Source: Kudoa neothunni
Lineage: Eukaryota; Animalia; Cnidaria
Direction of reading: 5' to 3'
NCBI GenBank assembly: GCA_964304625.1
Contig: OZ199840.1
Coordinates: forward strand, 10,363,220 to 10,427,219
Length of the DNA stretch: 64,000 bases
Both the position numbers and the translations under genes were made by a program. Shown one piece after another: positions 1 through 12,430 of this stretch (the stretch's first letter is position 1; each line of letters opens with the position of its first letter). The notes beneath the pieces were generated by a model. The model was given only the letters and a program-made list of their open reading frames with translations. It was not told the DNA's origin and searched no databases.

Positions 1-285
1 TCATAAAAATGGACAATTAATGTTGTCCGTATATTGGACATCCGGCACGCAAGGGTTAAAATAACCCTCGAATACCTGGAGGTGGCCAATCAGCGATTAT
101 TATATCAATAACTTTTCCGAAATATTTTGTTTGCTTTTTTCCCCTTGTTGTATTTTGTATTATAATGATGCTTTTAGAAATATTTAAATAATGGAGTTTC
201 AAGATTAATATTTTGGCTTAAGATTTAATATAGAAAAAATGTTACACATGCCTATCATTTAAATTATAAATAATAAGGTTTTGAT

Positions 286-988
286 CAGTGTTTCCTAACT
301 TTTTTTCTATCACGCCCCACTTTTGCTTTTAACATGTTCCACGCCCCATACTTTTCAAAAATATTGATTATTCAATTGAAATAATTTATAATTTGGATTC
401 CAATTTCATATCTCGGTCAAATTTGAAAATAACTAATATATACTTCTTTTCTCATTAAAATTAAAATGTATAAGATCAGATTTAAATTAATTTATCGATG
501 AATATTAAAAATTAACATTTTTAGTTCTTCATTCTATCAAAAACAGCGTTAAGTGGAACTCATCGTAATCTTGCTCGCATTATGCGAGACTTCCATGTAT
601 ACGTGCCCGATAAACCCAAAATAATCAATCTAGATATGAAATTAATCAATATTATCAATGGGACAAGATTGGGATTAATACCATTCCGATTCTATTTGGG
701 TAAGGACTAAGTTAAATGTTATTATATATATATGAAATTGATCGTTGATTTTGAAATTGTTTTCTGATATTAGTAGTAACTCAAAAATAAATGAGATCAT
801 GAATCAAGGTATTGATTTCGATGTGCCCCACATATCCAATTATCCCATCACTATCCACGCTATATAAATGCTTGGGACTTTACACATCCCACTAGAGGCA
901 TTCACTAAACGTTTAAAAATTTCTATGCCCCACCAAAATTCTTCCAAGTCCCACCGGTGGGGCGTCGCCCTTGGGTTGAGAAACACTA
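286..988. mobile_element. Non-autonomous hAT (Buster/Charlie-type) element
   Basis: Imperfect TIRs CAGTGTTTCCTAAC / GTTGAGAAACACTA, subterminal GCCCCAC motifs, and near-matching 8-bp flanks GTTTTGAT / GTTTAGAC. Confidence 0.7.
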
Positions 989-1250
989 GTTTAGACGATT
1001 AATATATATTTTAAAAAGCTTTTCTGCAATCAGATAAACATTATATATATATATGTTTTGGGGGAAATGAATTTTTTAAAATTCATTTTTTTTATAACAA
1101 CTTGATGCTGTTAAATAATTAAATCTGGAATGGGAATCGCGGATAACCTACATAATAAATCAAAAAGTTAAAAACCTACATATACCTCTCTGTTGCTGGT
1201 AGAATAATGAAAATTCGTCGATATTATGTATACAATCTGAGCTATAAATT

Positions 1251-1966
1251 TCACATATGTCTAAGTTGTAGAGTCCATCCTTCAACAATTGCAGAATCTA
1301 CATCTGCGGCCTCGCCATAGAAATTAATTTTTCTTAGACTAAATCGTTTTTTATAGCCCTTAAACCACCAAATAGTCACAATTTCTGGCTTCATATTTTC
1401 AACCGAAAGTTCAGTTCTTTTATTTATGATATTAGATGCGGTGATTTCGATTTTGTTGTCCCTCATTAAACAGATCCAATCATAAACGCGTTGATCATAA
1501 TCAATGTTTGATCCATTATGAATGTTTTTTCTTTTATGTGATTCCAATCCTCTTTCAACAATAGAAATTACTTTCTCTTTCTTTGGAAGAATCCCATTTA
1601 AGGTGGCAATATTCGAAATTTGGAAATGTTTAATTATCGCTATCTAAGCGTGTTTGAAGAGTAAACTTTCGAAATATTTTATTATTTTGTATTTATCTTC
1701 CAAAGTTCTAACAATTTTATAATTAATTTTTGCCAACTCTATTATTTAATTGATAAAAAACAAAAAATAACCAAAAGACGGTCGAAAAAAATGTGCAAAA
1801 TCGATCAGTCACGTGACAGGCATATCCTCATTTTAACTACTTGAAATTATTTATTTTTAATAAAAATGCTATAAATCTCTACATTTATATTATTTAAATC
1901 TAAATATATACTAAAAATTTCAATATAATAATTTTTTCAAAGGTGTGCCAAATCGGTTGCCTATTG
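1251..1966 (-). mobile_element. Degenerate pogo/Tigger transposase (CENP-B-type HTH region) with one terminus
   Basis: TLEDKYKII..., DQRVYDWICLMR..ITASNII, WFKGYKKRF and YGEAADVD are typical of TIGD/Tigger N-termini; stops present; TIR-like CAATAGGCAACCGA next to TA at about 1966. Confidence 0.8.
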
Positions 1967-2261
1967 TATAATAATTTTGTTAAATTATAGATCAACAAAA
2001 AATAGTAAATTAAATACAGTAAGTTAAAGTTTTATTTATATCATCTTAAAAATTCGAAATATAAAAACCCTTAGACTGTATACATTAAACAGGTTTCTGT
2101 CAACAGGGATGAGGTTTCATAAAAAATCATAGATTTTGAGAATAAAACAAAGCCTTAGCTATTAAATTAGTATATTAAGAAGAAAGTGTGAAAAATGAAA
2201 CAAAATAAAATTGTTTATCTCTAACTTTTCACGCTATTCAAAGTATATACACGCATAACTA

Positions 2262-2513
2262 CAGTGACTTACATGTCGTACGTATTATCGCAATAAAACC
2301 CAAAATAATGAAAATGTAGGGAATTTAATTTATACTCTATAACAAAAGTAACATATTGCCTCAATTTGACATCAGAAAAATTGAAAAATCAATAGTTTGT
2401 ATGCATTTTATGTGCCTTTCGTAGTGAATTTTCTTCAAACCAACGAAAATTATTGCTCGTGCGTAATGGTTTCGATTTCCCTTTTTAAAAAACTCACGAC
2501 ACGTAAGCCAATG
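2262..2513. mobile_element. Tc1/mariner-superfamily MITE
   Basis: TA|CAGTGACTTACATGTCGT ... ACGACACGTAAGCCAATG|TA; internal sequence homologous to the element at 7020-7877. Confidence 0.7.
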
Positions 2514-2592
2514 TATTCTACTTCATCGTATTTGCGCTAATAAACGCCACAAAAATGCATCATTGATTTATTCTTATTAAATTTATTATATA

Positions 2593-3732
2593 CTAGCGCG
2601 AACTGCGCAGCGTTGCTCGTTGCTTGGGGAAGATTTCGCCTAGAAACGTTTTTTATGAGTATTCAAAAAATATACTGAAATTTCGAATTAACCCATAGAA
2701 GAAAAATAACTAACAAGTTTTAAGCAATATACTTTAACGAATTGGTTTATTAAATTTAAATTATGATCATTTCCCTGAAGGAGTGTTCCAATCCCGGCGT
2801 TCGTTTAAAAATATCGTGGCTCGAAACCAACGCTAAAAAATTTAAGGTCAGCGTCATATTTGTTTCGTTCCCGAATTATTTAAATCCCACTAAAGTGTTA
2901 TCTATAACGTTATTTTTTGACCTGACTCGGTAGCTGTGTGCACCATTAACTTCTTAAAAGATAAAAAAATAAAAAAAGTAAAAGAGATAGAAGAAAATAG
3001 ACGGAAATTAATTTTTATTCCTCAAATTATTATTCCTTGGCCCGATAAGAGAAAAATGCACTTTTTCCCATAAATAGCCACCAATGGCGCCAACTTCAAC
3101 ATAAGTAATTTAAATAATTGGCTGAAATAAAATTACAACCATCTACATTGAATTTAATTAGTGAACGTTCAACATAGTGGACAATTTCAATGAAATCTAC
3201 GTACATGGTGCTTGCATTCTAAAGCTTCAGTCTATCTGATAATAGAATTCCTATCCAAATCGTTATTAATGATGCAAATATAGAATCTTTCTCGTATTTT
3301 AAACTATTAATAGAACTTTTAAAATATACGTATCAAGTCATATACGTTAAAACTCCAGAAATAAGGAATGTATATGCGCAAAATCCAAAATATACACGCC
3401 ATCATCATATAAAAAATCAGACGATATCGATTAATTTAAATTTTATAAAACATATAATGGGGAAAATTAACTTCAACCAACCATCAGCAGGACATAAGCA
3501 GGTGTTAGTCTGGTGGTTCAACTCAAGTAATCCGATAAATAAACTTTGAATCGACAAAATCACCATTTTCTAAATACTTTACGGAACGTTTGGTAGTGTA
3601 AAAACGATTTAAAGATTTTTTGAAACATTTTAAATTTTAAAATATTTCATAAATGTCTCTATAAGGAAAAAATTTTGACGCACATGCTTATTTACACACA
3701 CTCGGACACTTCAGCTTTATATATATAGCAGA
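2593..3732 (-). mobile_element. Non-autonomous Helitron
   Basis: On the minus strand: A|TCTGCTATATATATAAAGC..GTGTGTGT 5' end and a GC-rich subterminal stem followed by CTAG|T at the 3' end; inserted in AT with no TSD. Confidence 0.75.
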
Positions 3733-4695
3733 TATGTTTTTTGCATTTTCCTTGCATTCTATTATATAATAATCCATCTATTGTTAATTTTCTATTTAAT
3801 TAAACACAATAATTAACAAATATAGAAATTTGTATAGCAAAAATATTTCGATTATTATAAGTGCTTTTTACATTTAGAATTTAAATAATTTCAAAAGAAA
3901 TTACTGGTAAAGATTCCATAGTTGTTACTTTTGTTTTATTGCTAAAAATAATTCATGTCGTGGCGATTAAAAATTAATGGTATATATTTTAATAAAGTTG
4001 GGGATATTAGATAAATAATTCGAGTTTTTCCTTTCGTTCCCTAATTTTTCTTTTTCATCAAGAATTTTCTAAATTTATATAAAACTTGAATTTTATTTCT
4101 TTTTAAATAAATAGTTTAACAAAAATTTTAAATCTTTTTAATCTGTTTAATGAAGTTAGCAATGGGAACAAAACGGGGGAAATATTTATATGTATGATTG
4201 GATTTTGCATTAAAACAAGATGGGGTTCTCGATATATCCATTGAACGTATTGGTGGCACTTAAGAGAGAAAGGTTAAGAATCACCAATTTAGAGTTAAAA
4301 TTATTTTATCTTTAATATTCACAATGAAAAATGTGGGATATTTTTCAACCCAAAGTCCACCGGAAGGTGGAAAATGTATATTTCCGTCAGTACCATATTT
4401 AAAAAATTTCATTATAATTTGTAAATAACACTATCTTGAAGTAATAGAGATATTTTTAGAAATTTTGAAAATATAAATATTGAATATTACACAATAAACA
4501 ATGTCTCATTGGGATAGTCTTATATCCCAAATCCATTAGAAAGTTAATTGACTTAGTCCCCAAATAACATATCCAATGATCCCTCTTAAGTTTGGAATTT
4601 ATCCGCAGTGATATAATTCATAATATGAGACTTTGATATATTTGTAACAAATAAGTAATTTCAGTATAATGTAATGTAAGACTAAAAGCGATATT

Positions 4696-7600
4696 TCAGA
4701 TTTGTCTTTCAGCAGGTTTTTTATTCCTTAAGTAGACTCCTACAAGAATGCAAAGCACCACGATAATTACGAGTGATATGCCGATTCCAATTCCAGCTTT
4801 TTTACCATTTGACATTCTTGGTGGTGTAACAGTGGGGTCAACATTGGTAGTTGAGGTTGGTACCATCCAAGTCGTAGTTTCTTCACTGGTGGTTTTTTTG
4901 GTAGTCGTATCAATGGTAGTTGTACTTGTGGTATCTGTACTTGTCGTAGTATCGGTGATTGTGCTAGTTGTAGTATCGGAGATTGTGCTAGTTGTAGTAT
5001 CGGAGATTGTGCTACTTGTAGTATCGGAGATTGTGCTACTTGTAGTATCGGAGATTGTGCTAGTTGTAGTATCGGAGATTGTGCTACTTGTAGTATCGGA
5101 GATTGTGCTACTTGTAGTATCGGAGATTGTGCTACTTGTAGTATCGGAGATTGTGCTACTTGTAGTATCGGAGATTGTGCTACTTGTAGTATCGGTAGTT
5201 ATGCTAGTCACAGTATTGGTGGTTGTACTAGTCGTGGCATCGGTGGTTATACTAGTCGTGGCATCGGTGGTTGTACCAGTTGTGGTATCGATGGTTGTAG
5301 TTTCAGCAACGGATTCCTCAGTGGCTGCGGCAATAACCGCTGTTTTATTTATTCTGTGCCAAAAACCGCTTAATCTTCTAGTTTTATCCTTAGTGGTTGT
5401 GGGTTGAATAGTGGATTCTTCAGTTATCGTTGTTGTAGTGGTTGTTTCACTATTGATGATCAGTTGGCAATTTGATAATAATATTAATAGTTGAAAAATA
5501 TACGATGTTGACAACGTGGAAGTTTGATCATTTTTAAGAATTAAGCCGATTCTTGGGTCGGCAAAAATCATTTTTTTCTGCATCAAATCAGGTGTATCCC
5601 TATAGATTTGTTTTAATTCCATTTTACTTACAAATACAAACTTGTACACCAGAAGATTCTTCCCAGTGAATCCCAAAATATTCTCCAGTACATATCTCAA
5701 ATAAACGATTTGGATACATTCAACGTTTACTGGTAACATCTAGAAATCCATCAATCGGTTAATTAATTAGAAAATCTAATAAATTGACCTCCGTTGGAAT
5801 GTCGACGCCCACACACAGTTTGTCCTGTATAGTTACCAGTGCCTTTTGTACATCGGGTTCAATATCTTCTTGCTTTACCAAGTGAGTGTAAAGCTTTATT
5901 TTAATCCGAAAAATATTTTTATGAATCTCGACAAAACCAATTAATATACCTTTATATCACTGTTGGAGGGGAGTGACATGGGGAGGTTGAAACCGGCGAA
6001 ATTCTCCTTTATTAATAGGTCCAAGTTGGTATCGTGTCGAGTGATTGTTTTTTCGATGAACGTTTTACATTCATTCTCTTCGAAAGCCCCAGTAAATTTA
6101 ACGGGAATAGCCAAATTGAAATCTTTTACGCAATTGCTGTACATTTTGGTTGCGTCAAATTCTACAAATTTATTTTTGGGTAAACATGGATGAGGGATCT
6201 CATTCTTCAAAGGATAGTCCTATATGTGGTTTGATTAGGTGTATGATGATAGCTATTCAAAACTTGTAAAAGGTCCTTATAGATCAAATAGTTGACTTCA
6301 ATAGGACTGGCACATGAAAAATTGTTTGCAAAAATCGAATAGTCTTGTTCTCTATAACTGATACGGTGTATGAGTGATGCCGGGTAAACGGTGGGGTCTG
6401 ATGCGATAAAGCCTAAAAACAGTATCTCTTCTCTATATATTAATGATATATGGGTTTGCATTATCTTAACATAATCAGAATAGAATCTAAATAGTTTTAC
6501 TTTATGACGAATATCGATGTTAGTGAGACCAAAAGTAAAGATATCTGCTGTTCTTGTGTCATATAACTCCATTGAATCCACGCCTCGGATTCTCATAAAA
6601 TTTTCTCCTACTAGGGTATCAAAACTAATCGATTGTTCGAGTTTTAACGGATCAAGACTAAATAAGAGCGGAATTACAGAAAAGATTAACAAATATCGAT
6701 GAGTGATAATATGACTACATTTTTTGTAGGTTTTTTGTGTGGAAAACTTTTAGGAATATTTCTTTGTTAGGAACATTGGAAAGTGCCGATGTTTGCTTGA
6801 TTTTGTTAATGCATTCCTCAATACTAGAGTCTATATTTTCGAATATATATTTGGCGTAATCAGATTAACAAAATATAAATCCATTTTAATATAATAAATT
6901 AATTTCAATGATCAATAATGGGTTGATTTATATTATAAATTAATTAAAAATTTATATTTATCATGTAAATAGGAGTACTCAAAAATTTAGAAGCTAAATA
7001 TGAGTTGCAAGCGGATATACAGTAACGTATGGGTCGTGTGTAATATCGCAATAAAACATAAATTAAACAGTATCTTGAAAATTTAATTCACGTGATATAA
7101 ACTAAATAACATTGGCAACATCTTACCTAAATTTAAATTTAGAAAAATTACATTAACAATGGTTTATATGCATTCTATGCGTCGTACGCTGTGAATTTGC
7201 TTCATAAAAAAATGAGATTATGATTCGTGCCTGATGATTTTTATTTCATAATGACGAAGAATATGACTGGTGCTTCAACAGGTGGTAAAACATTTTCCAT
7301 TCTATCCCAAAAGTTAAATTAATGAAATATCATCAAAAAGTAGCCAGTAAATCCATCGCTAAATTTGAAATAATGATCTTTGATGTAGAAGCAAAGTCTA
7401 CCTTAAATACTATTATAAACATACAGAATAGTTGTGTTAACATTATAACGATTGTTCTGTTCAAAATTAAGAAAAACTCTCGAAGGGAGAAAATGTGGAT
7501 ATTGTTCTACAAATGAGAGTGAATTGATGAGAGAAAAAAATTGAGGATCCTCAATAAGTTTCTATCATTGAAGTTGTTGAATTCCTCATGATGCCTCGCA

Positions 7601-8157
7601 GTAAATACCTGTATCTACTAAACGATTTATGACGTTTCAAAAAGATTTAACATTTGCACCATACATTTTTTGGTGTATTTTCGAATGTAAATCATATCGC
7701 ATGGAAAATTAACGCAACTATTAAACTAAATAAGTATGCTAATTGGTCAAAATATAACCTAATGTTTTAAATTTTTGTGTATTTCGTTTACGCTAAGTTT
7801 ATGTATCGTGAGTAATTATGACTGGTGTGTAATGATTTTGATTGTCCTTTTTATTACGCACCACCCATAAGTCACTGTAATATTGTAACTATTAATAACG
7901 ATATATACATTGACAGACTTCTTCAAAATAGGTCGCGAATTCGTCAGTGTTTTCTGATGACTCAAGGCTGACTTGCCTCAATGAATAATAGATAGTTCTG
8001 ATCCATCCATCACCATTATCCATTAATATTATTCCATGCTAAATTAAATCTAATGTAAACCTACTCTTTGAGCAATTACTATCGCTTGACTATCGCACAA
8101 AATTCCAACCAAACGGAGTGCTGCAACTAGGAAGAATAATTCGATAATGAACCCCAT
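4696..8157 (-). CDS. Divergent GDA1/CD39 (NTPDase/apyrase)-like ectodomain + Thr/Ser mucin stalk + single C-terminal TM; multi-exon
   Basis: Spliced by hand: ATG 8157, signal peptide MGFIIELFFLVAALRLVGILC, then HGIILMDNGDGWIRTIYY (ACR1-like), microexon 6979-6993, SIEECINKIK..., YREQDYSIFANNFSC (cf. CD39 YGKDYNVYTHSFLC), HPCLPK..C..FTG...EC, ECIQIVYLRYVLENILGF (cf. YCFSGTYILSLLLQGYHF), ADPRIGLIL (ACR5 position), Thr repeats, TM AGIGIGISLVIIVVLCILVGVYL, tail RNKKPAERQI*. Joins ORFs 6207-6692, 5941-6210 and 4696-5739. Confidence 0.75.
4946..5185 (-). repeat. Coding minisatellite, 10 x 24 bp, encoding (S/T)STISDTT mucin repeats
   Basis: Unit GTAGTATCGGAGATTGTGCTA(C/G)TT repeated in tandem; degenerate copies continue to about 5290. 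Confidence 0.95.
7020..7877. mobile_element. Tc1/mariner-type non-autonomous element inside an intron of the NTPDase-like gene
   Basis: TA|CAGTAACGTATGGGTCGTGTGTAATA ... TATTACGCACCACCCATAAGTCACTG|TA; removing it restores a ~55-nt intron. Confidence 0.8.
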
Positions 8158-8686
8158 CTACCTATATATGAGGTTTTAAGTTGGTAGATTTTACAAAATT
8201 TCGTTTGTTACCTTTTTTATAATGCTAACGGTTGAGATTTTGTGGCGAGATTATCACAATGGGAATTAACCTTTTATATTAATGATTAAAGTATTCTCAC
8301 ACTTGTGAAAAAAAAATTTGATTTGAATTAGGGTGCAAGTATTAAATTTTAATTGTTTTTGAGCCAATTTTAGTGTCTAATTAACTTATTTTTTTAAAGC
8401 TACGGACTGGTTTTCGGTCGATATATTTTTTTTATATCTAATATTAAAATTTGAAGAAATTTCCTCAGAGTAAATAAAAAATAAATGAAATGTGACAATA
8501 TTTATTCCCACTACTAATTATATCAATTAGGTAAGACTTCATATTAATTATCATTATTAGATGCTACCAAGAATAAAAAACAACTTCAACAAATTATCAG
8601 TCACAATATTTGTCATTCATTTTGTGAATGTTTTCAGTTTACTAATAATATGTGCACATGATGGAATCCAAAGCTAACCTTTTCGA

Positions 8687-9061
8687 TTAATTTATATCTC
8701 GTCTTAAGTCATTATTTATAGAACAGCAGAATCCAGCAACAACAACAACTCCCTTGTAATTAACACAATTTGTTATCATTGCACATTGCACAATCAGAAT
8801 AATATTCCACAAAGTAAACATTGGCTGTTCAGATTTTGATGTGGACGTATTATTTTTCGCCGGTGAAAAAGCTAGAAAAGAATATAAGCTGTGTCCAAAT
8901 AGAGCATGAGTTATGGCAATTTCTGCTAATAAGGTAATAATTATAACGATTTCTATCCTATAGTGTAAAACTAAGATTTTCAATATACATTTGGAGAGAG
9001 GTGGACATATGAGATGAAAATTATTTTTCAATAATATGTAAGATTTTAATCGATTTATCAT
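8687..9061 (-). CDS. Possible small membrane or secreted protein of unknown function
   Basis: 124-codon ORF in very AT-rich DNA with two hydrophobic stretches and intron-like GT..AG segments; no recognisable homology. Confidence 0.25.
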   Translation of the reverse strand: MINRLKSYILLKNNFHLICPPLSKCILKILVLHYRIEIVIIITLLAEIAITHALFGHSLYSFLAFSPAKNNTSTSKSEQPMFTLWNIILIVQCAMITNCVNYKGVVVVAGFCCSINNDLRRDIN

Positions 9062-9234
9062 ATTATTCTAAGATCTTTTATTTACGATATCAATAACGGA
9101 ACCTTCTTATTTATTACACTTGGTAAATCGAAAAACACTATTTTGTGACGTTACCTACGCCAGATACTATACAGAGAAACTATATATTCTACTAGAATAA
9201 CTATTTTTAGAGAAAATTTTAAATCATTGAAGTC

Positions 9235-12200
9235 AGTGGTTCTTAACCTTTCTTGCCTATAGACCTCTAATATGTTGGATGGATTAAACACGGACCCCAT
9301 GTTGTTTTAATGTGTAATCTAAACATAAATATAAATATTATAAATTAAATTATTTATCTATTATCCCAAATGTAATTAAAATACATTTAATATTTTTATA
9401 GTATGTTAAAAAAATGTGATTATTAAGAAAAGATTAATTTTGGATAATAGACGAAATATCAACAACTTTAAATTCGTCACATCAATTTTGATTATATTAA
9501 AAATCAACAAATTATAGTAAATGACGATTAATGTTTTAAAGTAAAAAAGTTAACAAAATCTTATGGATTCATATATAAAATTGGTCACCGATTTTTCATT
9601 CTTTTTTTAAAATGACTCATTAAAATTGTAAAGTTTTCCAAATGTTTACATTAACAAATATATTCAACTAAGGGGTGATTATAGATGAACTAACTGATTG
9701 AAAATGAAGCAAAACGGATACTGATTACCACGTTATTTTATCGATTTTTCGTAATTTTGGGGGAAAATCTGTTGGTTAATATATTATTTCTAAAAAATTA
9801 GAAATATAGCAACAAGAAAAGTTAAAGATATAACAACATTAGAATACAAATATAAAATTAGTAAATATTTTGAACATTTTCCATTAAAAATCTCCAAGGT
9901 AACTATTCTGAAACATTTTAGCAAACCCAAAACAAAAGCTTTAAATGGCATTTTTACGAAAAAAAAAGAACAATTTTGCACTAATTAATAAAGTTTGGAC
10001 CTTTTTCGAATATTATTTAAATTAAAAATTGATATATATATATACATATATTTGATATAATGGGTCAAAATACGAAACAATCCAAAATAACTGATTTTTT
10101 CAGGAATAGACATTAAGGGTCACCTATTTCGTGGTTGTAAATATTTTATTCATTTGTATTCTGTCGATAAAAATGTCGCTAATTATTTGTTCTACGTTCC
10201 TAAAAAGAGAAATTAATTATTATATACATGCGCGTAAGCGTGTGAAATTGGTTTCAATCGATTTTACATACTTTTTCATGGTCCGGATGGGATTGTAAAA
10301 ATCGGTTGCTTTTTGTATATATATTTATATATATAAATTGCTCAATGCAAAATACCTTTATAATAATCGAAATATTTTTACTATTTATAATCAGTGTTTT
10401 TGTTAATTTCAGTAATAATTTAAAAAAATTATAAAAAAGAAAGATTAATATGTAATAGAATATATTTAATGCAAAAAATATATATTGTTTATACAACAAT
10501 AAACATCACTAGAGTATTTATTAAAATATTTTTAATCGTTTTTTATCAGCAAATCAACGGAATTTGAACGGAATGTTGTGGGTGGGTTGAAGGTTTTTCA
10601 TATTGTTTGGCAGTTTAGCTTTACTTTGTTGGAACGCAACATACATAAGCTGGAAATTCACGTAATTTTCTTAATAAAATCCACCTTTCAATTATTAGGA
10701 CATGATTAAAAAAACTCAAATTCTTTCCAATATCAATAACTGTGAAATGACGGTCTTGTAGAGATAAATTTACATTGTTATGGTGATCAAAAATATCGGA
10801 TAAATAATTAAATTCATAAATATAGATTTTATTTGGAAAATTTTTGAATAGAATGTTATATCCATTTTTTTTAATGTATAAACATCTTTGAGAAACATTA
10901 AACTTTTTCACCCTCTAATAGACTGAAAATCGACTGCACTTTCACTCCGATGGACTCTGGGGTAGTTTTCGACCCCAGATTTTTATTTCATCGTTTGTCA
11001 CAAAAAAATTCCGTAAGAAGAAATATTGAAAATTTTGGTGGATTCATACAAAGAATAAAAAGTTATGGCGCAAATAAATTTGTTAATAATCCCGACGAAC
11101 CTACGAATATCACTGTCGTCAACAACCGCCGTATTAGTTTTTAATCCAGATTTCGGTTGACTGCGTGTTGTTCTAATTAAAGCTTTTAAAACTTAAATAT
11201 TAATCTACATAATTCCTTAACCTATTTTCTGTGTCATAAATAAACCGCATTTAATGCAAACATGAAACAAATATTTATTAGGTGGTTCTAACACCAAAGT
11301 TTATTGCAAACTGCGTACACAACGTTGGTTTTTTAAACTCATTTTCATGGAATAAAGATTAAATGCAGTTTAAAATTTTTTGGTGCCATGATTCTCTCCA
11401 TTAGTAAGTCATATAATAATTTCGCCATCATTTCAATAATTACCTCCGAAAAATATCATCACCAAAAAACGTTTTTATATATAATCACGTGATCTATTAA
11501 CCGTTTATAAGTGTTGTATCGTAAAATATAGACCACAGAAAATCCTAAATTCCAGTGTCTACGCTAAAAAGTGTTTCATCTTTAATTTTAGAAAAATAAA
11601 TTGTGGGGTAGTTTTTACCCAAAAGTCCATCGGCGAGTGGGAAATGTGTATTTACGCCAATACAAAAGATAAAAATTGTTATTTTATTCCAATATGTAAA
11701 TAAACTTATTTTGAAGGAATAGAAGTAATCTTAGAAAGTTTTAAATTATAAGTAACCGATTATACAATAAACAAAATCTCGTTGGAATAAATTTCTACCC
11801 CAAATCCATTAGAGGGTTAAAAATATCCTTTGAAAGTCAGCGAGCATCAATATGATATAAAGTCATCTCTCACTCTGTCCAGGTTTCTTCGCAAAGGACT
11901 TTGAATGAGCGTTAATTTTTAGCTTTCGGTTTTTCCTCATGCACTAACTCTACAGCTACATCAAGTATATCCTTTAAAACATTAGGGGGTTTTGATGATT
12001 GATAATATATGCCGCTGTATAAAACAATAAACAACTATTATTTGACACACATTTTTTCCAATAATCACGAATAACCAAACATCTTAATTCTTACCAGAAA
12101 ATAAAGGGGCACCATCCGTACTTATATTTACTAATTTCTTCGTAAAACCAAAATTTTGCATATCGAATAAGGTTTCTAAAAATTATAAAATGACAGAAAT

Positions 12201-12430
12201 TATTGTTTCTTTTAACATGGGTTTACAAATTAAAAATTCCCTTTTGATTTATTTTTTATACACATAGCGCAAAACAACGATTAATGTGTTGCGTTGCGAT
12301 ACATCTCTAGATTCGTCAATTTGGAGATGGTGTCTCGTGTAATTTGAGTGTCATGTATTGAAAAATATTTCGGGATTTCCTTGATTCTTTTACTAATTAT
12401 GTCATTCGATACCGTTACTTTTTCAATTAA
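9235..12430 (-). mobile_element. Decayed hAT Buster-type transposon interrupted by a piggyBac-type element
   Basis: Terminus CAGTGGTTCTTAACC at 9235 (a similar end lies inverted near 4200-4290); minus-strand relic HLQIDESRDVSQRNTLIVVLRY (Buster LQLDESTD motif) near 12260-12330. Confidence 0.6.
10911..11816. mobile_element. Non-autonomous piggyBac-type element
   Basis: TTCA|CCCTCTAATAGA ... TCCATTAGAGGG|TTAA with GGGGTAGTTTTCGACCCC subterminal palindromes; a homologous right-end fragment lies at about 4330-4548. Confidence 0.75.

Noticed and set aside
4748-5407. 219-aa Val-rich ORF on the + strand
   Set aside because: Antisense shadow of the Thr-codon mucin repeat.
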